DNA of 64,000 bases, taken from Marsupella aquatica. Lineage: Eukaryota; Plantae; Marchantiophyta. Shown piece after piece: positions 14,326 to 28,201 of this stretch. The position numbers and the translations under genes are program-made. The notes under the pieces are model-generated. The model had not been told where the DNA came from, ran no database searches, and was given only the letters and a program-made list of their open reading frames with translations. The stretch lies in assembly GCA_973895155.1 (NCBI GenBank), contig OZ316891.1, positions 5,117,708 to 5,181,707 on the forward strand. The letters are read 5' to 3'. Position 1 is the stretch's first letter. Every line of letters starts with the position of its first letter.

Positions 14326-17186
14326 TGAGTGAAGCTCTAAGGGTCTAACTTTAAAACTAGAACTGTCACTCCAATTATTTGCGTTGGTGGGAAAAAGTCA
14401 CAAATGTTGCAAATCCTCTCAAAAGCCATCTGAGAGTGTGGAGTACTCTTCTAATAGAGAGTCTCAAATATTGAAAAAAAAACCCACCTCATGGGCGTCA
14501 CGCAATGCACTTGGGCGCACCTAAACTGGGTGTAGCCGGGCAGTGATATTTTTGGGCTCTCAGATTTAAGAGGGGCTGCGACAGTGTGTGAAGATCACTA
14601 GGTGAGTCAATAAACACACTTATTCAAAATCGAGTTCTCTCCTCGGAGCATTTACTTGGCACTCAATTTTGGCCACAACTCCCGGGCTTGACTGGTCGGG
14701 CCTCATATTCGATGCCAGATCAGTTGTTCCGGCTACCTCGGGTCACAACACTCCTAGCCTGGAAGAAGTCACCAACCAAAATTGATTGTATTTGAGATGC
14801 CCTAAATTGATTGTATTTGAGATGCCCTAATGAAGTATTTGAGATACCCTAATGGAGAAAAAAAATGAAAGGAGTGTAGTGCACTCGTTGAGACTGTCAA
14901 GCTTAGTTCAGGTACGCCATGACAGTGCTCACGGGAAACAATGAGGAATCATGCCGGTGGCTGGAGGGTGTCTGATGACTGGCGACCCGTCAGCAGCTGC
15001 ACAATTTATAGTTGGACATTTATATCGGCCTGATGAGAGAACTATTTCCATGCAGGAACAGGAGCAGTAGCTTCAACCAGTTTCCATCTCCATCTCCATC
15101 GAACGTTACTTATTGTGTTAAAGCACTCGGACAGCTTTGGGTCGGCGTCATTAGAATAAGAGATCTGTGGGGATGTCCAGCTTTCAGTCTTTCACCTCTC
15201 CATCTCTCGATCTGTGATTCGATCCCAGTCTAAGCCGTTTCAACAGAGGTACGTGATGTGGGACATGATCGAAATGCAGTCGGTGCCTTTCACTGTGAAG
15301 GATTCATTGAAGACTTTCTTGAGTCGAGATCAGTTTCTAATGCAGCTCGATCGGTTTTGGAAGAAAGTTTACACGAGGGCCACGAATTTCTGGTTCTCTA
15401 GTGCAGTTTTTGTCCCAATCAGATTCTTCTCACCGTCGCACAAGCTAGTTGCATGTCTAGGACCCACGTTTCATGGTAAAGTGCTCTGGAGGTATGGAGG
15501 TAGGAGTATTACCTTCCCAAACAATCGAACGTAAGGAGCAGTCTCTGTGGCACTGCATTGTCCACAAATCAATAAAGAAATCGAGCAACTCGTATCGCTG
15601 TTACAATATTGGAAGAAACGTATGGGAGCGTCTTTCGTCGGGCGACGATGCGGTGGTTCCCGAGCAGAACGGGTCCATAATTATGTGAAAAGTCTCGTTG
15701 AATTTGAGTAGGCATTCAAGCAATGGACGGCGGTGAAAATGTGGAATAAATATTCACCTGCTTCATGGAGGTCAGCTTCATGGAGGTCAAATAGTAGTGT
15801 TCGTTCATTCTCCTCTTTCATCCAGCACCACTTTCATTCAACGTAAAGGAGTATGTAAAGCTCCGGACATACTGTTGTGCATGACTTTCATGTTCCGAGT
15901 TGCCACGAATGGACCTAAGGGCTGTGAGGAGCCCAACAGGAACCTTTCTAGCTGCGGTGTAGTACCGCACGAGGACGTATCACTCAGCAGTGAGAGACGC
16001 CTGGAATGACAGGATTCTAGAACATTGGCTAAGGAGGAGCTCAGGAGCCTCGTGTGTTTCCGTAGTGGATTGGCGGAGGCGGGACAAACTTCTGTGGATT
16101 GGGCCATGCACATATTTCGGAGGGAGCACTGTTGCGCATGGTGTGGCCGATTTCTGCGTTGCTCCCTAGACCAGACGGCGGTACTTCCTCTGTCGCAACT
16201 GGTTATGATTGTATGCGGCGTTCCCGCTGACGCTCAACTCGTTTCCCGCTTTTTGACGCACCTTTGACACTTCCATATTTTGCTGCAGCAGTGCATCGTG
16301 TTGCAAAATTTCATGACACGGGTGCGGCGGCTGTCCTTTACATGCAGGTTTTTATGTCCCACCGGTAAGATTCATGCCCGCACAAAAAAATTGCATGCTT
16401 GAAATCTGGATGTTTTAACCGACGTGCTGCCATCGCTCGTATTGTAGAATGATGTTATTTAATTGTCTCTTTTTTGGGGAATCCGGAACTCCCCTGTGCG
16501 CACAACAATCATTATTGCCAAGCTAGCCTCATAGGTGCAAGGCCGCGAGGTTTACAGCTTACTTTTGTAGCTAGATTTGAGGGAAGATGTCGGAGAACTC
16601 AGGAAGAATAATGTGAAAGACCTGAAAGGCACCGGACAAGAAGGAAACAACTGGAAAAGAGTCGGCCAAGAAAAAGCGTCGCATGGAGAACGAGTATTTG
16701 GCGGTTGTTCGACTGTTGTACAGTCGTTAAATTCGCTTTGGCCTTCATGAGCTTTTACGATTATTCTCGTGAGCCCGTGGGCATGGTTGTGCAGGATTTG
16801 GGCTTCGACCTTTGTTTACTTTCCTTGTCCTGTTGCGCCCTCCGAAATCGGCGCTCTCCCTTCTTTCTGTGCTTTTACTGGACATTCTCCTAAAAGTGAA
16901 TTTCTTCCTCTAGCACGGACTCTGGGAAAGAATTCAGGGTAACAACATCAGGATCGCCTTTGTTCACAAGCTTGCAGAATTTCAGGAATGTATTTCGGCG
17001 CAGCTTGGATTATCTACCCTGATTTCAACATATGACCGGAAGTACAGCCCAAAGGTGACAAGAAGATGAGTTCCAATTTGCAGGACATGCTTGGGTATTT
17101 TTTTCTCGAAGACTGGGGTATTCTCCTCTCTCTCCATTGTTTATCTTTTTATGTCACTGCCACACAAAAAGTTTCAATATAATAAT

Positions 17187-17430
17187 TCAGCCATCTGGTC
17201 CCGACGTGAGCTGCTTCCCCTTGCCTCGTGTTCCTCCAATACAGTTACTGTCCCATGCCATTACAAAGTATGGCGCCAGCGTACCGGATAGGTTCCAGTA
17301 CTTCAAAGTACATAACTTTCCCATTCCAAAGGACAATTTGCCAAATTGGAAGCCTTTTGAATGCAAGAATTTGTGGTGCGACCTAACTGGTACCAATGTT
17401 CAATCCATACATGACAATCCAGCCTAGAAA
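17187..17430 (-). pseudogene. Decayed leucine-rich-repeat fragment
   Basis: The minus-strand translation GKLSFGMGKLCTLKYWNLS resembles the plant LRR consensus GxIPxxxGxLxxLxxLNLS. No intact ORF. Confidence 0.3.
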
Positions 17431-19899
17431 AGCTCTACGGTTAGCTGCAGAGCTTCCGTGAGGCATTTTCTACTCGTATGCGAAGACTTCGTGATTGGCC
17501 TCAATCTTCATAAACGGTAGGAGACTATTTGTTAGTAGCGATGATGAACAAGTTTTTGATGCTTTTCATCTAATAAGGATCCTACTTACATCTAGAGGTA
17601 TTGATGCATCATATTTCAAGTTAGTAGAGCAAACCTTCCTTAGCTTTCACTAGAGGGAGAACGATCTGATTACTCCAGTATATGAGAGGTACCGTAGTTG
17701 TTTTCAGGATCTCAAACGTTTTTCAAAATGGGCTGACGTATGCTCTTCATCGTTGTTCTGAGCGGCCAATGTCTAGGGTGCGATGTCATTAATGAGGACT
17801 AATGGGATTTCCTGAGGACCAGAATCCCTTGGCCTGGTCTCATAGCTCTCATATTGCCTCTTTTGATCTTGAGTGATACCCAAAATGCATCTACTCAACT
17901 CAGTAGATACGCAATTAAGTTCTCGGGGTCCATAAAAGAAGAAAGAAACAGAAGAACGAAAAGAACGAAAAGAAAATAGGAAACTCGAAGCTTGTTTTCA
18001 GCAAAGCACTAGAGAGTAGTCAGCAGACTATTCTCCTGACAGGAAAGCTGGCAAATACATAGCACTAGAAAGACCTATTGCGCACTAAGTCTTCAGACTA
18101 CCTCTGCCATTGGAGAGTACTCAGCAGGATATGCTGCTGACAGGAAATATGGAAAAGATTAACAGCACTCGAAAAACTTCTGCGCACTAGCTCTCCACTA
18201 GACTACTTCGCTGCTGACAGGAAATCTGGAAAAGACTAACAGCCTCGAAAAACTACTGCATACTAGCCCTCTAGACTACCTCTGCTTTAAGACCCTAATG
18301 AACGTGGAACCCGCACATAGAGAGAGTCCTCAAGCCCCGAAAGCTAAGAGCGCTGGTGTTGACTGCTTCACCTTGGCACGCGGAATTGCTTACCTAAATA
18401 TGAAGCACTCTAGCGAGTATCACTTACGTTCCAAACGCTAGTGCCAGATTGGAACGAGACAGTGGACGACGGTAGGCTGATGGGTCCTAGCGTATATACT
18501 ACCATTTAATCTTCTCTCATCAAAACCCAGATGGTAACGGGTAGGCTGACTTTAATAACTTTTCCCTGTGGTCAATGCAAGGGACAGCATGATTTTGAAC
18601 TCGATGGAGAAGGGCCTTAGTTCCTATGTTGCCGAACCTGCATTTGTCCAGCTAGGTTGTCAATTACTGATCATAGTATTATCCTCGTTACATGCTCCCT
18701 GCAATGCTTTCGCTCTTCACTCAAAATGACCATTTCAGTCCTAGGGTTTTATGATAGAACAGAATACAAACTGGAATCAATTCAGCTTAACACAACGAGC
18801 AAGCCGATGGACAGCAAATGACCCGCCTATGATCCATTAGCAAGAAGATGGTCAGCACGCGGTGTGGCAATAGTTATGCGCTAGTTGTTCAAAATTGGAC
18901 CTATCTCGTGAAGGAACAATCGCTCGGTTGATTAAGGATTCTGGAACAGAACTTACTGTGAAGGATCTTAGCGGAGTGTTTCTCTTCCTATGCCATTACT
19001 TGTGTAGTGTGACTATTCATAAACTACAGTCTCCTAATATATTCCCTACTCTCTACTCTCCGTAGGAACATCTAACAAATATCGTCTCGACAGGTCTGGC
19101 TTGAGATCTTCTTCGATTCGATTTTCTCATCCTGCTAGTTTTCTTCCTGTCCCGAAGGCACTGGTGGATCCATTGGAATAACGCAATCAGCGGGGACTAG
19201 TACGTGGGTCTCTTAGTCTAGCGTCGCTGGTAATGTCATACTCTCCAGCATGAGGTCCAGAAACTTACTCCAAGGTCTCTTGTTGATATCTACATCGTCC
19301 AAAATTGGTTAGATTGAACCTAAAACCTTTCTGGAGCAACTGTAAGACTGGACCAATATAATACCCAACATTGACATCACCCCAATAAAACAAAGAATTT
19401 TCCCCATAATTTGACTGGAAGTTTCTTAACGCATTATTAAAATGGAATTTATAATTCAAAATGCGACCACTCTTCCCAATAGAAATGACAACATTAATGC
19501 GTCCTATACGATCTGGGAGCCTTCCACTTGTGTAATGTTAAGAATGTTATGAATCACTACTACTACTGGAATTGTGAAACAGGGGGTTTCTTGTTGATTC
19601 GCAAATGAACTCGATTTTCAGCGATTTGATGGGGCTCCCTAATCTGATCATAAAGAAAGACGTATTCTTGGATCGAAACAAGTGTTTCCTGTTGAGATCA
19701 ATTTACATATATAGGCTCTGGATGGTGATTTTCCTGCTGTAGCTCTGCTAGCCAAAGCAGCATGAGGTTAGTAACATTGTCATATGGAGACGTTTAATGG
19801 GTGGAATTTTTCTGGAAAATCAACAAGCATGTTACAACGTCCTCGTTCCTCCTTGATTGACACTGCACAGCAGAACGTTGAGTTAGTCTATGACAAAGA

Positions 19900-21200
19900 C
19901 CGTCCCTCAAGAACGCATATAGGGAACTGAAAGTTTGTTGACGCTCTACCACCTTGTTCACAACCATTCAATGGATTTCCCTCGTACGTTGCCATGCTTG
20001 TGGATGCATATAATATAGCAAAAGGAAGAGAGAAACAGGGGTCATCAAGTTCGGTTGGCTCTGGCCGCTCAATTAACATTACTTTTAAAGATTGTGGCTG
20101 GATCGTCTCGCCTGTATATTATTTAGGCAGCACTTAAAGTGGAATGCACTGACTACATTGACACGTTCTCACCGGCCAAAATCAGATCAGGATTGCACAA
20201 AATACTCCTGGTCAATTCAAAGCACCACTTGCCTATGATGAATCGTACAGTGAGATGAGAGAAGACCTCAATCTGTTCAAGCCGGAAATATCTTGTCACT
20301 ATCTGATTGTCACCTTGTTCCGTTACCGTTTGAACGGGTCTCCCGGTCCCTTCCTAGTAACTAGTTTTTGATTTTCAATACTGTTACGTTACTTCCAAGC
20401 GTCTGAATCATCCAGATTCATTGAACTTCACACAAGAAGAGAGAGTCTTGTTTAACCTAGCTCGAACGGCGTTCATGGAAATTTGACTCACTATTGCCAT
20501 CAAAGTGATCGATAAATTATCGTCAAATTTGAGAATGACACCGTCAGCTTAAATATCACCATTGTCTGTTGGTTTCCTTGATTGCCCTTACTTCAGTTTC
20601 GCTTAAGTGGCATTCTACCCATTCGTTGAACAGGTCAATTTGCGAATGTCAACTCTAGATGCATTTGCTGTTGACCTCAATGAGTAAGTAGTACTGCATG
20701 AGCGATATACTAAAAGTTAAAAATTGTCATCACGAGGAAGATGCCCGGGAATTTGCAACAGTTTTGCAAAATATTGGAGGACTGGGGGAAATCAATTTTC
20801 TTCACCTGATTTGAAGATTGTTCATAGTTGATACAATATAAATTTTTCAAGAAATGACAAACTGTTTTCAAGCTCAGGCCAAAAGTTGAAATTTAGACTC
20901 CCAATAACAATTTTATTCTCATGTCATATATTGATACAGTATTCTATGAACCTTCCTAGTTCGCGTCAGGAAACATCAGATCTCGAGGAAAGTTCTGCTA
21001 TAAATTTTTGCAGCCTGATCTTGACAAGCAGTAACGTGTGCTCTAAATCAGACCTGGCTTTAAATGTGCCACGGTCAGATACCTTTAGGAAACGTATCTT
21101 GCAAGTTCTCGTTGCACAAGCACAGCAATTTACGTAGCTTTGACTACGAGGTGCTAAGTATTGTCTTTTGTCCTTGTCAGGATAGGAATAGACATCTTGA
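19900..21200 (-). pseudogene. Heavily decayed LRR receptor-like gene remnant
   Basis: Scattered minus-strand patches: SKLRKLLCLCNENLQDTFPKGI, LENSLSFLEKFILYQ, and STSMATYEGNPLNGC (resembling the S-Y-GNP-LCG cap C-terminal to plant LRR arrays). Many stops and frameshifts. Confidence 0.35.
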
Positions 21201-22345
21201 CTCAGTCCACGAAGTACTCAAAACTTCGGGAGGTTCGCCTACACCAATCTTGATTCAATCGCCGCTGCTCGTACTGATGGGAAACTTGGGGAGCATCCTG
21301 CAACTCGTTAGAACTCCAGACTGAGGGTTTCGGGAATCAGCCAAAAACAAAGCGGAAGAAGCCGTGAGCAATTTGCCAAAAATGGTACTTAGAAGCGAAT
21401 CTTAGGAAACTCAATAGGGAGAAAACCAAGAAGGGGAGAGAAGCAGACAGGAACCACCTCGGATCCCGGAACCCCTCATGATCTAGAATCTAACTTCAAA
21501 CAGATTTGTCCTTTCAAGTTTGAACAGAGCACCGAACAATCAATTTTTTAACGCGCTGTAATTTAATCAACACAGTGCTGGAATTATCTTACTTGTATGT
21601 CTTGAATACGATTTTCCACGTGCTAAAGAAGTATTAGAAGCAAGCAAATTATCTACAGCAAAATTGCCAATGTTTCGACGGCACCAAATTCAGAATTACG
21701 TGCAGAACGACTGAACCCTCTAGCTCGTTAAAACAGTTTTCAATTGAAAACTCAAAGACAGACTACTGTACTGCGGGGCGGACTTCTAGCGAAACAGTGC
21801 AGATGCAGCTATCATGTCGTGTTCTGGGAGGAAGACCAAAGCAAGATCCCCAGTCTAGACAGCATATGATTAAGCTCTGCTATATTCATGTTTGATGCGG
21901 CAGATATCTCCAAGGAAGAAGTAATGTAAACTTGAAGAAATCGTTTTCTGTGATGGCTATTTTGCAATCAACCGAAACCAAAGCTCTCACTGGACACGTT
22001 GAATTGTTTTAGATGATATCGAAGAGCTGCTGTATAATATTCCGATGTGAATACTGTTAGCTCTTTGATTTCACAAAAAATTCACACCCACGTTGTTAAT
22101 TGGGTGGTGTTGTGCACCAAAATGTACTGTCGGGCACATCGCATTGAATCTCCAAGCACTCTCAGAAGAACCTGCAAAGAGGCGTAGGTTTGAACCTGCT
22201 GGTCAGCTAGTTCGTTGCCGGGTCTCGCCCAAGTGATCGAATGTGAGGCGAACCAAACCTGGTCAGGTACTGTCGAGCTCAAAGCAGCGATTAGGCAAAT
22301 ATATTGCGAAATTTCCACAGATTTCGTGTTCAGAAGCCGGCACAA

Positions 22346-23545
22346 ATGCCACTCAAGGGCGGAGGCTCTGGAGGGTCTTCAATATGGATCGTCACAACGT
22401 TGTGCATTGCAAGTTTTTGCGTGGGCGCCTTGGTTACCAAGAGGATGTCGTACACCTGGGATGCAGGGGGTAAGGGCGGGGCGCAGTTACGTCTGGAGGT
22501 ACAGAGGACAGTAGAAAGTGGAGAAACATGCAACACCGAGCTTCCTGCTGATGTCGACTATGACAAACAGGACGTTCTCAGCGAATTCTCCAAAGTAAAC
22601 TCGGCCACACAGCGTCTCAATAAGACGGTCTTATCTTTGAAGACGGAACTGGCTGCTGCTCACCTTGTGAGTGACAAATCCAGAAGTAGTCTTGGCTATC
22701 CAGTTGGAGATACCAGTGTGGGTCGTCAAAAAGCCTTCGTTGTGGTGGGAATCAATACCGGATTTGAGAGTCAGGAGAGACGAGACGCTCTACGTTCGAC
22801 GTGGATGCCTCAAGGTGATAAGCTGAGGCGGCTTGAGGAGGAGAAGGGGATCATTGTCAGATTTGTTATCGGTCGTTACGGTGGTAGGAGCTCTTCTACT
22901 ATTCCTGACATTCAAGTTGACGCTGAAGAGTCTCGATACAAGGATTTTTTAAGGCTGGAACACGTCGAACACTACAAGAAATTGAGTAGAAAAACGAAGA
23001 TCTTCATTGCAACTGCATTTGCCAAGTGGGACGCAGAGTTTTATGTCAAAGTTGACGATGATGTTCACGTCAACCTAGGTGCGCTGACTACAAAATTGGC
23101 TGAGCATGTGTCAACACCACGAGTTTACATTGGCTGCATGAAATCTGGCCCCGTGCTCACACGAAAGTCAGACAAATATCATGAACCCGAGTTCTGGAAA
23201 TTTGGTGCCCATGGCAATAATTACTTTAAACATGCCACGGGGCAAATTTATGCAATTTCCAAGGATTTGGCATCTCACATCTCTGTCAATCGGCTAATGT
23301 TGCATGAATACGCCAACGAAGATGTGTCTCTTGGGTCTTGGCTCCTTGGCTTGGATGTAGAGCACATTGATGACAGAAGCATGTGCTGCGGCGTTCCACC
23401 CGATTGTGGATGGAAGAAAAGAACTGGTAATGTGTGCATTGCATCCTTCGATTGGTCGTGTAGTGGGGTCTGCGAGGTTGAGGATATGAAGGCGGTGCAC
23501 AGTCGATGTGCGGAACGGGAGGGTTCAGTTTGGAGTTCAATTTGA
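22346..23545 (+). CDS. Beta-1,3-galactosyltransferase, family GT31 (type II membrane protein); single exon, 399 aa
   Basis: N-terminal TM anchor (IWIVTTLCIASFCVGALV), coiled-coil stem, KAFVVVGINTGF..RRDALRSTWMP, FYVKVDDDVHVN (DxD), YIGCMKSGPV, HATGQIYAIS, EDVSLGSW, and C-terminal FDWSCSGVC. The first ATG is at 22346. Confidence 0.95.
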   Translation: MPLKGGGSGGSSIWIVTTLCIASFCVGALVTKRMSYTWDAGGKGGAQLRLEVQRTVESGETCNTELPADVDYDKQDVLSEFSKVNSATQRLNKTVLSLKTELAAAHLVSDKSRSSLGYPVGDTSVGRQKAFVVVGINTGFESQERRDALRSTWMPQGDKLRRLEEEKGIIVRFVIGRYGGRSSSTIPDIQVDAEESRYKDFLRLEHVEHYKKLSRKTKIFIATAFAKWDAEFYVKVDDDVHVNLGALTTKLAEHVSTPRVYIGCMKSGPVLTRKSDKYHEPEFWKFGAHGNNYFKHATGQIYAISKDLASHISVNRLMLHEYANEDVSLGSWLLGLDVEHIDDRSMCCGVPPDCGWKKRTGNVCIASFDWSCSGVCEVEDMKAVHSRCAEREGSVWSSI

Positions 23546-26444
23546 TTCGTCTACTTAGATATACATAGAGGATCTTATTTTAAATGACTCCTTTCACCAG
23601 CTGCCATGACGGTGGGCGATGGACATCCCTTAGAATAGTCCCCAGCGCCTTCAAATTGGTGATGCAGACTTGCTATGGACAAGCTCAAAATCGATCTGTC
23701 TCAGCAATACTTATTGCCCTCCGTGCACATTTCTTTCTATGTTTAAAGAGTCTTTCTTATTCAAAGTACTTTGTATGGTTGGTAAAAGTACGGGGTACAT
23801 ACTAGAGCACCAAACTGGATCCGGATGTCACGATACCTGAATCCTTGAGCCTAGATGGGATGTAGAGAAAATCGCTGGCAAGCTTCGGTGCCTAACTGCT
23901 CCTCTGCATTCTCAGAACTAAAGCAGGTTTTCTGTCTCATGTACCATATTTGACTGGGCAAATCAGCCCAACATTGTCATCACACTAACTAATAGCTCAT
24001 GTAGACTGTATAGATAATGTCCTGAGTGGGTCATACCAAAATTTTGGATAGCATGTGTAGTGTCAGCCCCACTTTTAACAGGAGTTTGCAATCCCCCTAT
24101 AAAAAAGTACAGTGACGAACGATGAGAGTGGCTCACTGCAAGAGGTAAGGGCAGGGATTTCTAGGGGTTCCTTGCCTATATGCCGGTTGTCCCCATGAAG
24201 GCTGTCAAGGTTCCGAATACACTTGGATTTCTCGATTCCCTTGACAGTAGAACACTGAGTAGGATTTCCTGTCTGGGTACATCATCAATGATGGGCGGCA
24301 AATTCGAACCAGTGGTCGATGTGAAGTCCTGTCTAGCGTACTGTCTACTGGAAACCATGCATAATGCTAAGGAACTTTACCGCAGGTTATGGGTAGTTCG
24401 TTTTGAGGACAATGAGAACTATAACCGTGCAATGTCTCGATAATGCTGTCTCTAGGTTTGTTTTATTTGCTTTAGCCGTCATGAAGTTTGTTTTCTTTGT
24501 TTTGAGAAAGCTCATAAGGGCACTCTTCCCTAGAAGATGCACAGGTTCCTGTCATAGCTCTTGAGAGTTCATCAACTCCAATTAGATTGCCTCCGCCCTT
24601 TCTGCTTGTGAAGCTTGGAACAATGACGGGACCATAACCTTGGACTACGAAAACCCTCGAGAGAATGAGAAATATATAATGTGATCCCAAAGTTGTTCGT
24701 CAGGGAGCCAGGCAACTGTACATGTGCTTAAACTCTGGGGAGCACTTTTGACTTCTAGACCACCACTTGCGGTTGAGTGGATTGATAGTCTTGGTACCTT
24801 CGGCGGAGGTTCAACAAAGATTGTAGTACTTGTATATGTTCGTGACATTGTGGCTTAACCGCTTGTCAGTTCCTGTTGACTGTATCGAAGTACTGGTAGC
24901 CTATTTATACGTCTATCAAAACAACCAGAACAGTTTATCGGCGTGGTTGTTTCGATAGCTAATGATTATTGCAATCTGAGCTGATACGACCGCAGAGTAG
25001 GTCTTATCAACTTGATAGATCTGTGTGTAAATTGCTCATCTTCAGATTAAAATAATATTATAAGCTTGTGGATACCATGTGGCTGAGTGTACCCTTCAGT
25101 GCCATGGCCAGGGTTCAATACTTCTCACGGGAATTGGCAATGCCGATCGATGTCGATTGAAGTTGCATGATTGTCGATTGTTACTTGACCAGGCGTTAAA
25201 GAGTCGATGTCGATCCAAGATCCAAGTTGCATGTTTATCGATTGTCCGACCGCATCTTGCATCGTCGCTACATCTGCTCGCAATACTCAGTTCAAGAGGT
25301 GCCGTGCTAAGCGATGGGAACAGAGAGATCGGGGTCTACCAATGCAGATGTGATCATTTGAACATTGCTATAAACTTCAGCTCATTACGAAAGCGGTCTA
25401 TGAAACCACGGTAAGTTTTATTTATTCGTTCAAATTAGATTGGTATTCTATATCATATGACCTCGAGTTGTAGATGGGTACAAAGTACATGAGAATCGCC
25501 TCCCATCCTATGATTGAGGTATCATGAACGATCAATCTTGCCTCCGTCTATGTGTTCAACGTAACTGCCCTAAGGTATGTACTTCGGACAGTTATCCGAC
25601 GAAATGTAAGAAGGAATTCAAAGAAGAATTTATTAAAACATTGTGTATACCCATAGTTGATCAACAAACGGGGTATCTTGTCAGAAAATTCACTGTAAGT
25701 CTTACAGCAAGCGTTGAGCAACGCGTCTGAGGTGGCTACGGTATCCTTTTCATCACTAACTTAGCCTTTTGCATATTGAATTGAAGATTGTGCATTGACT
25801 GACCTTATTCATGTATGTCATACATCGTTTGTTGGGCTCACTCATCTTCTGGAGTCAGAGCAGAGCCACCATGTCTGCAGCTGCTGAATGCTCGTTTGAC
25901 CAGGAGAGAAACTTAGCTGCTCACTTTCCAGGACTGTACAGTGTAGCTGTCTCTTCCAGAGCGATCCACTAAATCTGCTGAGTTGATCTTGTACACCGAA
26001 CTTGAAACGTTCTGAAATATGCTTTAAGAAATCACTAAAATAATAATGCAGGCAGGGAACAGAACAGCATCGATTCCAACTCTGCAATCATGCCTGAGCC
26101 CCAAAGCCTACAATTGGCAGTTAGTCATGAAGGCCAGAAAGAAAGTTCGTAAGTGGAGGAATGTGCAGAGTTAACTTTCTTCCCTGACAGATAATTCTGT
26201 GCAGAAAAGAGCTGTCCGGGATCTTCATTGAGTGGGGGTGAGTGAACGAGAGGGAGCAGCAAAAGCATGGGATGTGAAAAAAAACTGGGTCTCTCATCTG
26301 TTTTGTTGAGCACAGAGCAGAACGTGACGGAGTTCACTGGGGGTGAGTGGACAAGAGCGAGAAGCGAGGCTTGTGATGTTAAAATCCAATGGAAGTAGGG
26401 TGGGTCTCTTCTGAATAGTTAAAAGAGAGAGAAAGCAAAATCCT

Positions 26445-26516
26445 AGGCCCCGCCGAGATTTGAACTCGGGCTACTGGATTCAGAGTCCAGTGTCATGACC
26501 ACTAGACTACGGGGCC
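26445..26516 (-). tRNA. tRNA-Gln (anticodon CTG)
   Basis: Minus strand reads GGCCCCGTAGTCTAGTGGTCATGACACTGGACTCTGAATCCAGTAGCCCGAGTTCAAATCTCGGCGGGGCCT (72 nt). Acceptor stem GGCCCCG/CGGGGCC, anticodon stem CTGGA/TCCAG, T-loop TTCAAAT, and a TTTT Pol III terminator a few nt downstream. Confidence 0.95.
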
Positions 26517-28026
26517 ACTGTGTCCGCCACGTCCAGAAAATAAAATATATTCTTTAAACTATAGACTGAAAAAGGTTCGTCTGTTCCTTGAATCTTAAAA
26601 CCAGTTTTATGACTAAAAATCCCCATAGATGAAAAGGCTGGTTCTGGAGACTCTGATGGACACTGTGGTTCAAACCCATGAAAAGGCTGTAACAAATGGT
26701 ATGAAATGTAGTGAGAAAAACTAAAAATAAGAGTTCTATGGGAGTATAGTTTAGGGGTTTTGTGAGTGGAACCAAGCATATTGTCTAGCCCAGGTTTTGT
26801 GAGTCAATTAAATTAAAGTAAACACTAATTCTTGTTGGTTTTCAAAATGACTTCAAAAAACTGGATGTAAGTCTGGCAGCCTAAATATTTGAAAGACATG
26901 GTGTAGGGCCTCGACCGTGTAAGTAGGGCTTGCAGCAGCAAATTCAAGAAGGAATTGCAAGCAAAACAAGCAGCAAATCTCCAACTAGAACAAGCAGCAG
27001 CAATGATACCTATAAATTGCAGCATCATCATAGATAATTGCTGTCCTCGCATACATGGACATCCCTGACTTCACTCATCTGAACACAGAACACAAAAATA
27101 CCCTGTGTATGCATCTCATCCTCCATACAGAAATACTTTATTTAAAATACACTCACTACAAGACAAACTAACTAACCAAGTTCCTTGCAAAGTTCCAGGA
27201 TGAGCTGCTATGTGGCAAATTACTGTAAACAGTTTATCATTCATTTTTCTGTTGTGAGGTGCTCAATTACTACTTCTAAATATCTCATAGAGGCAAACTT
27301 GTGCTAATTAAGTAGTAGTGACTTAATTGTCTAGATAGGATGGGTTTAACTTTCATTCTCCGACACCAAGACAGGCCTCAAAATGGACCAAGCTTGTGAA
27401 CCATATATAGTTACATCCCCATGGACAGTGACAACCTTTACACTACTACTTGCTCTTGGGGATTACAGCCCAGGCATATTAAGCTCCTCAAGGCCATGGG
27501 GTTACCCTACTGACACTTAATGCCTTGTTTGTTTTTTCCCCATAAAAGCCCTAAACACCAAAAACTAAGGACGGGGGCAATGCCATTCAATCATAACTTC
27601 TCCTTGACATACTTTTACTAAAACTTGTTCATGGACCTCCCTATAGTTATTCTTAAATTCAATGAGAGACAAGTCCTTGGAAATATGTTAAGTGTTGTAT
27701 CAAAGTTATGTGCTTTGTTGCATGAGTCCTACGTGACCACCTATGATTATTTGATTGAACCCATATGTGAACAAAGGATCATGTGGGATTATGGAGCAAC
27801 TTGGAAGACAAAGGAATCGGGATCTCTATATTAGTGCTCATCCTGCTCCTCCTAATTTTGAATTGCTTGTACCTTCATAATCATTGAAGCTAGCTGCATG
27901 CTAGATCAACTTCAATCTTGGATCCTTTACATGTTGGGATTCATTAGTTATCTCCTACTTGTTTCCAAATCATTCTCCAATTATGAACTCAACCCAAAAT
28001 TATCTCCAGCTTCTTCTTTTTCATTT

Positions 28027-28201
28027 GGAGCTTGTGCTATGGATGCTTGGTATGGCCGGTCGGCCTAGAGTGCAGTAAAGCTCTTGTGTGTTCCCGTGGA
28101 CGTAGCCTCATGTGGAGGTGAACCACGTATCTCCCTGTGTCGACTCTTGTGTGTTGGATGGTTCATGGGCTTGCAGTTGCGAATGTCGTCTATGCTCAAC
28201 A
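28027..28201 (+). mobile_element. Truncated 3' (U5) fragment of the same Copia-like LTR family as 13851-14325, in opposite orientation
   Basis: Reverse-complement match to ~13851-14020 that ends in ...TATGCTCAACA. It lacks the 18-bp minisatellite part. Confidence 0.85.

Larger units (their letters stand above)
13405..14410. repeat. Degenerate tandem array of ~105-110 bp units (~5 copies), interrupted by a solo LTR
   Basis: The anchor GAGACAACAGTGGGT(C/T)TGAG recurs at ~13408, 13515, 13620, 13728 and 13828 with variants. The last unit resumes after 14330. Confidence 0.85.

Noticed and set aside
27250-27900. Possible decayed LINE reverse-transcriptase fragment
   Set aside because: Only faint peptide resemblances with many stops; cannot be supported by eye.
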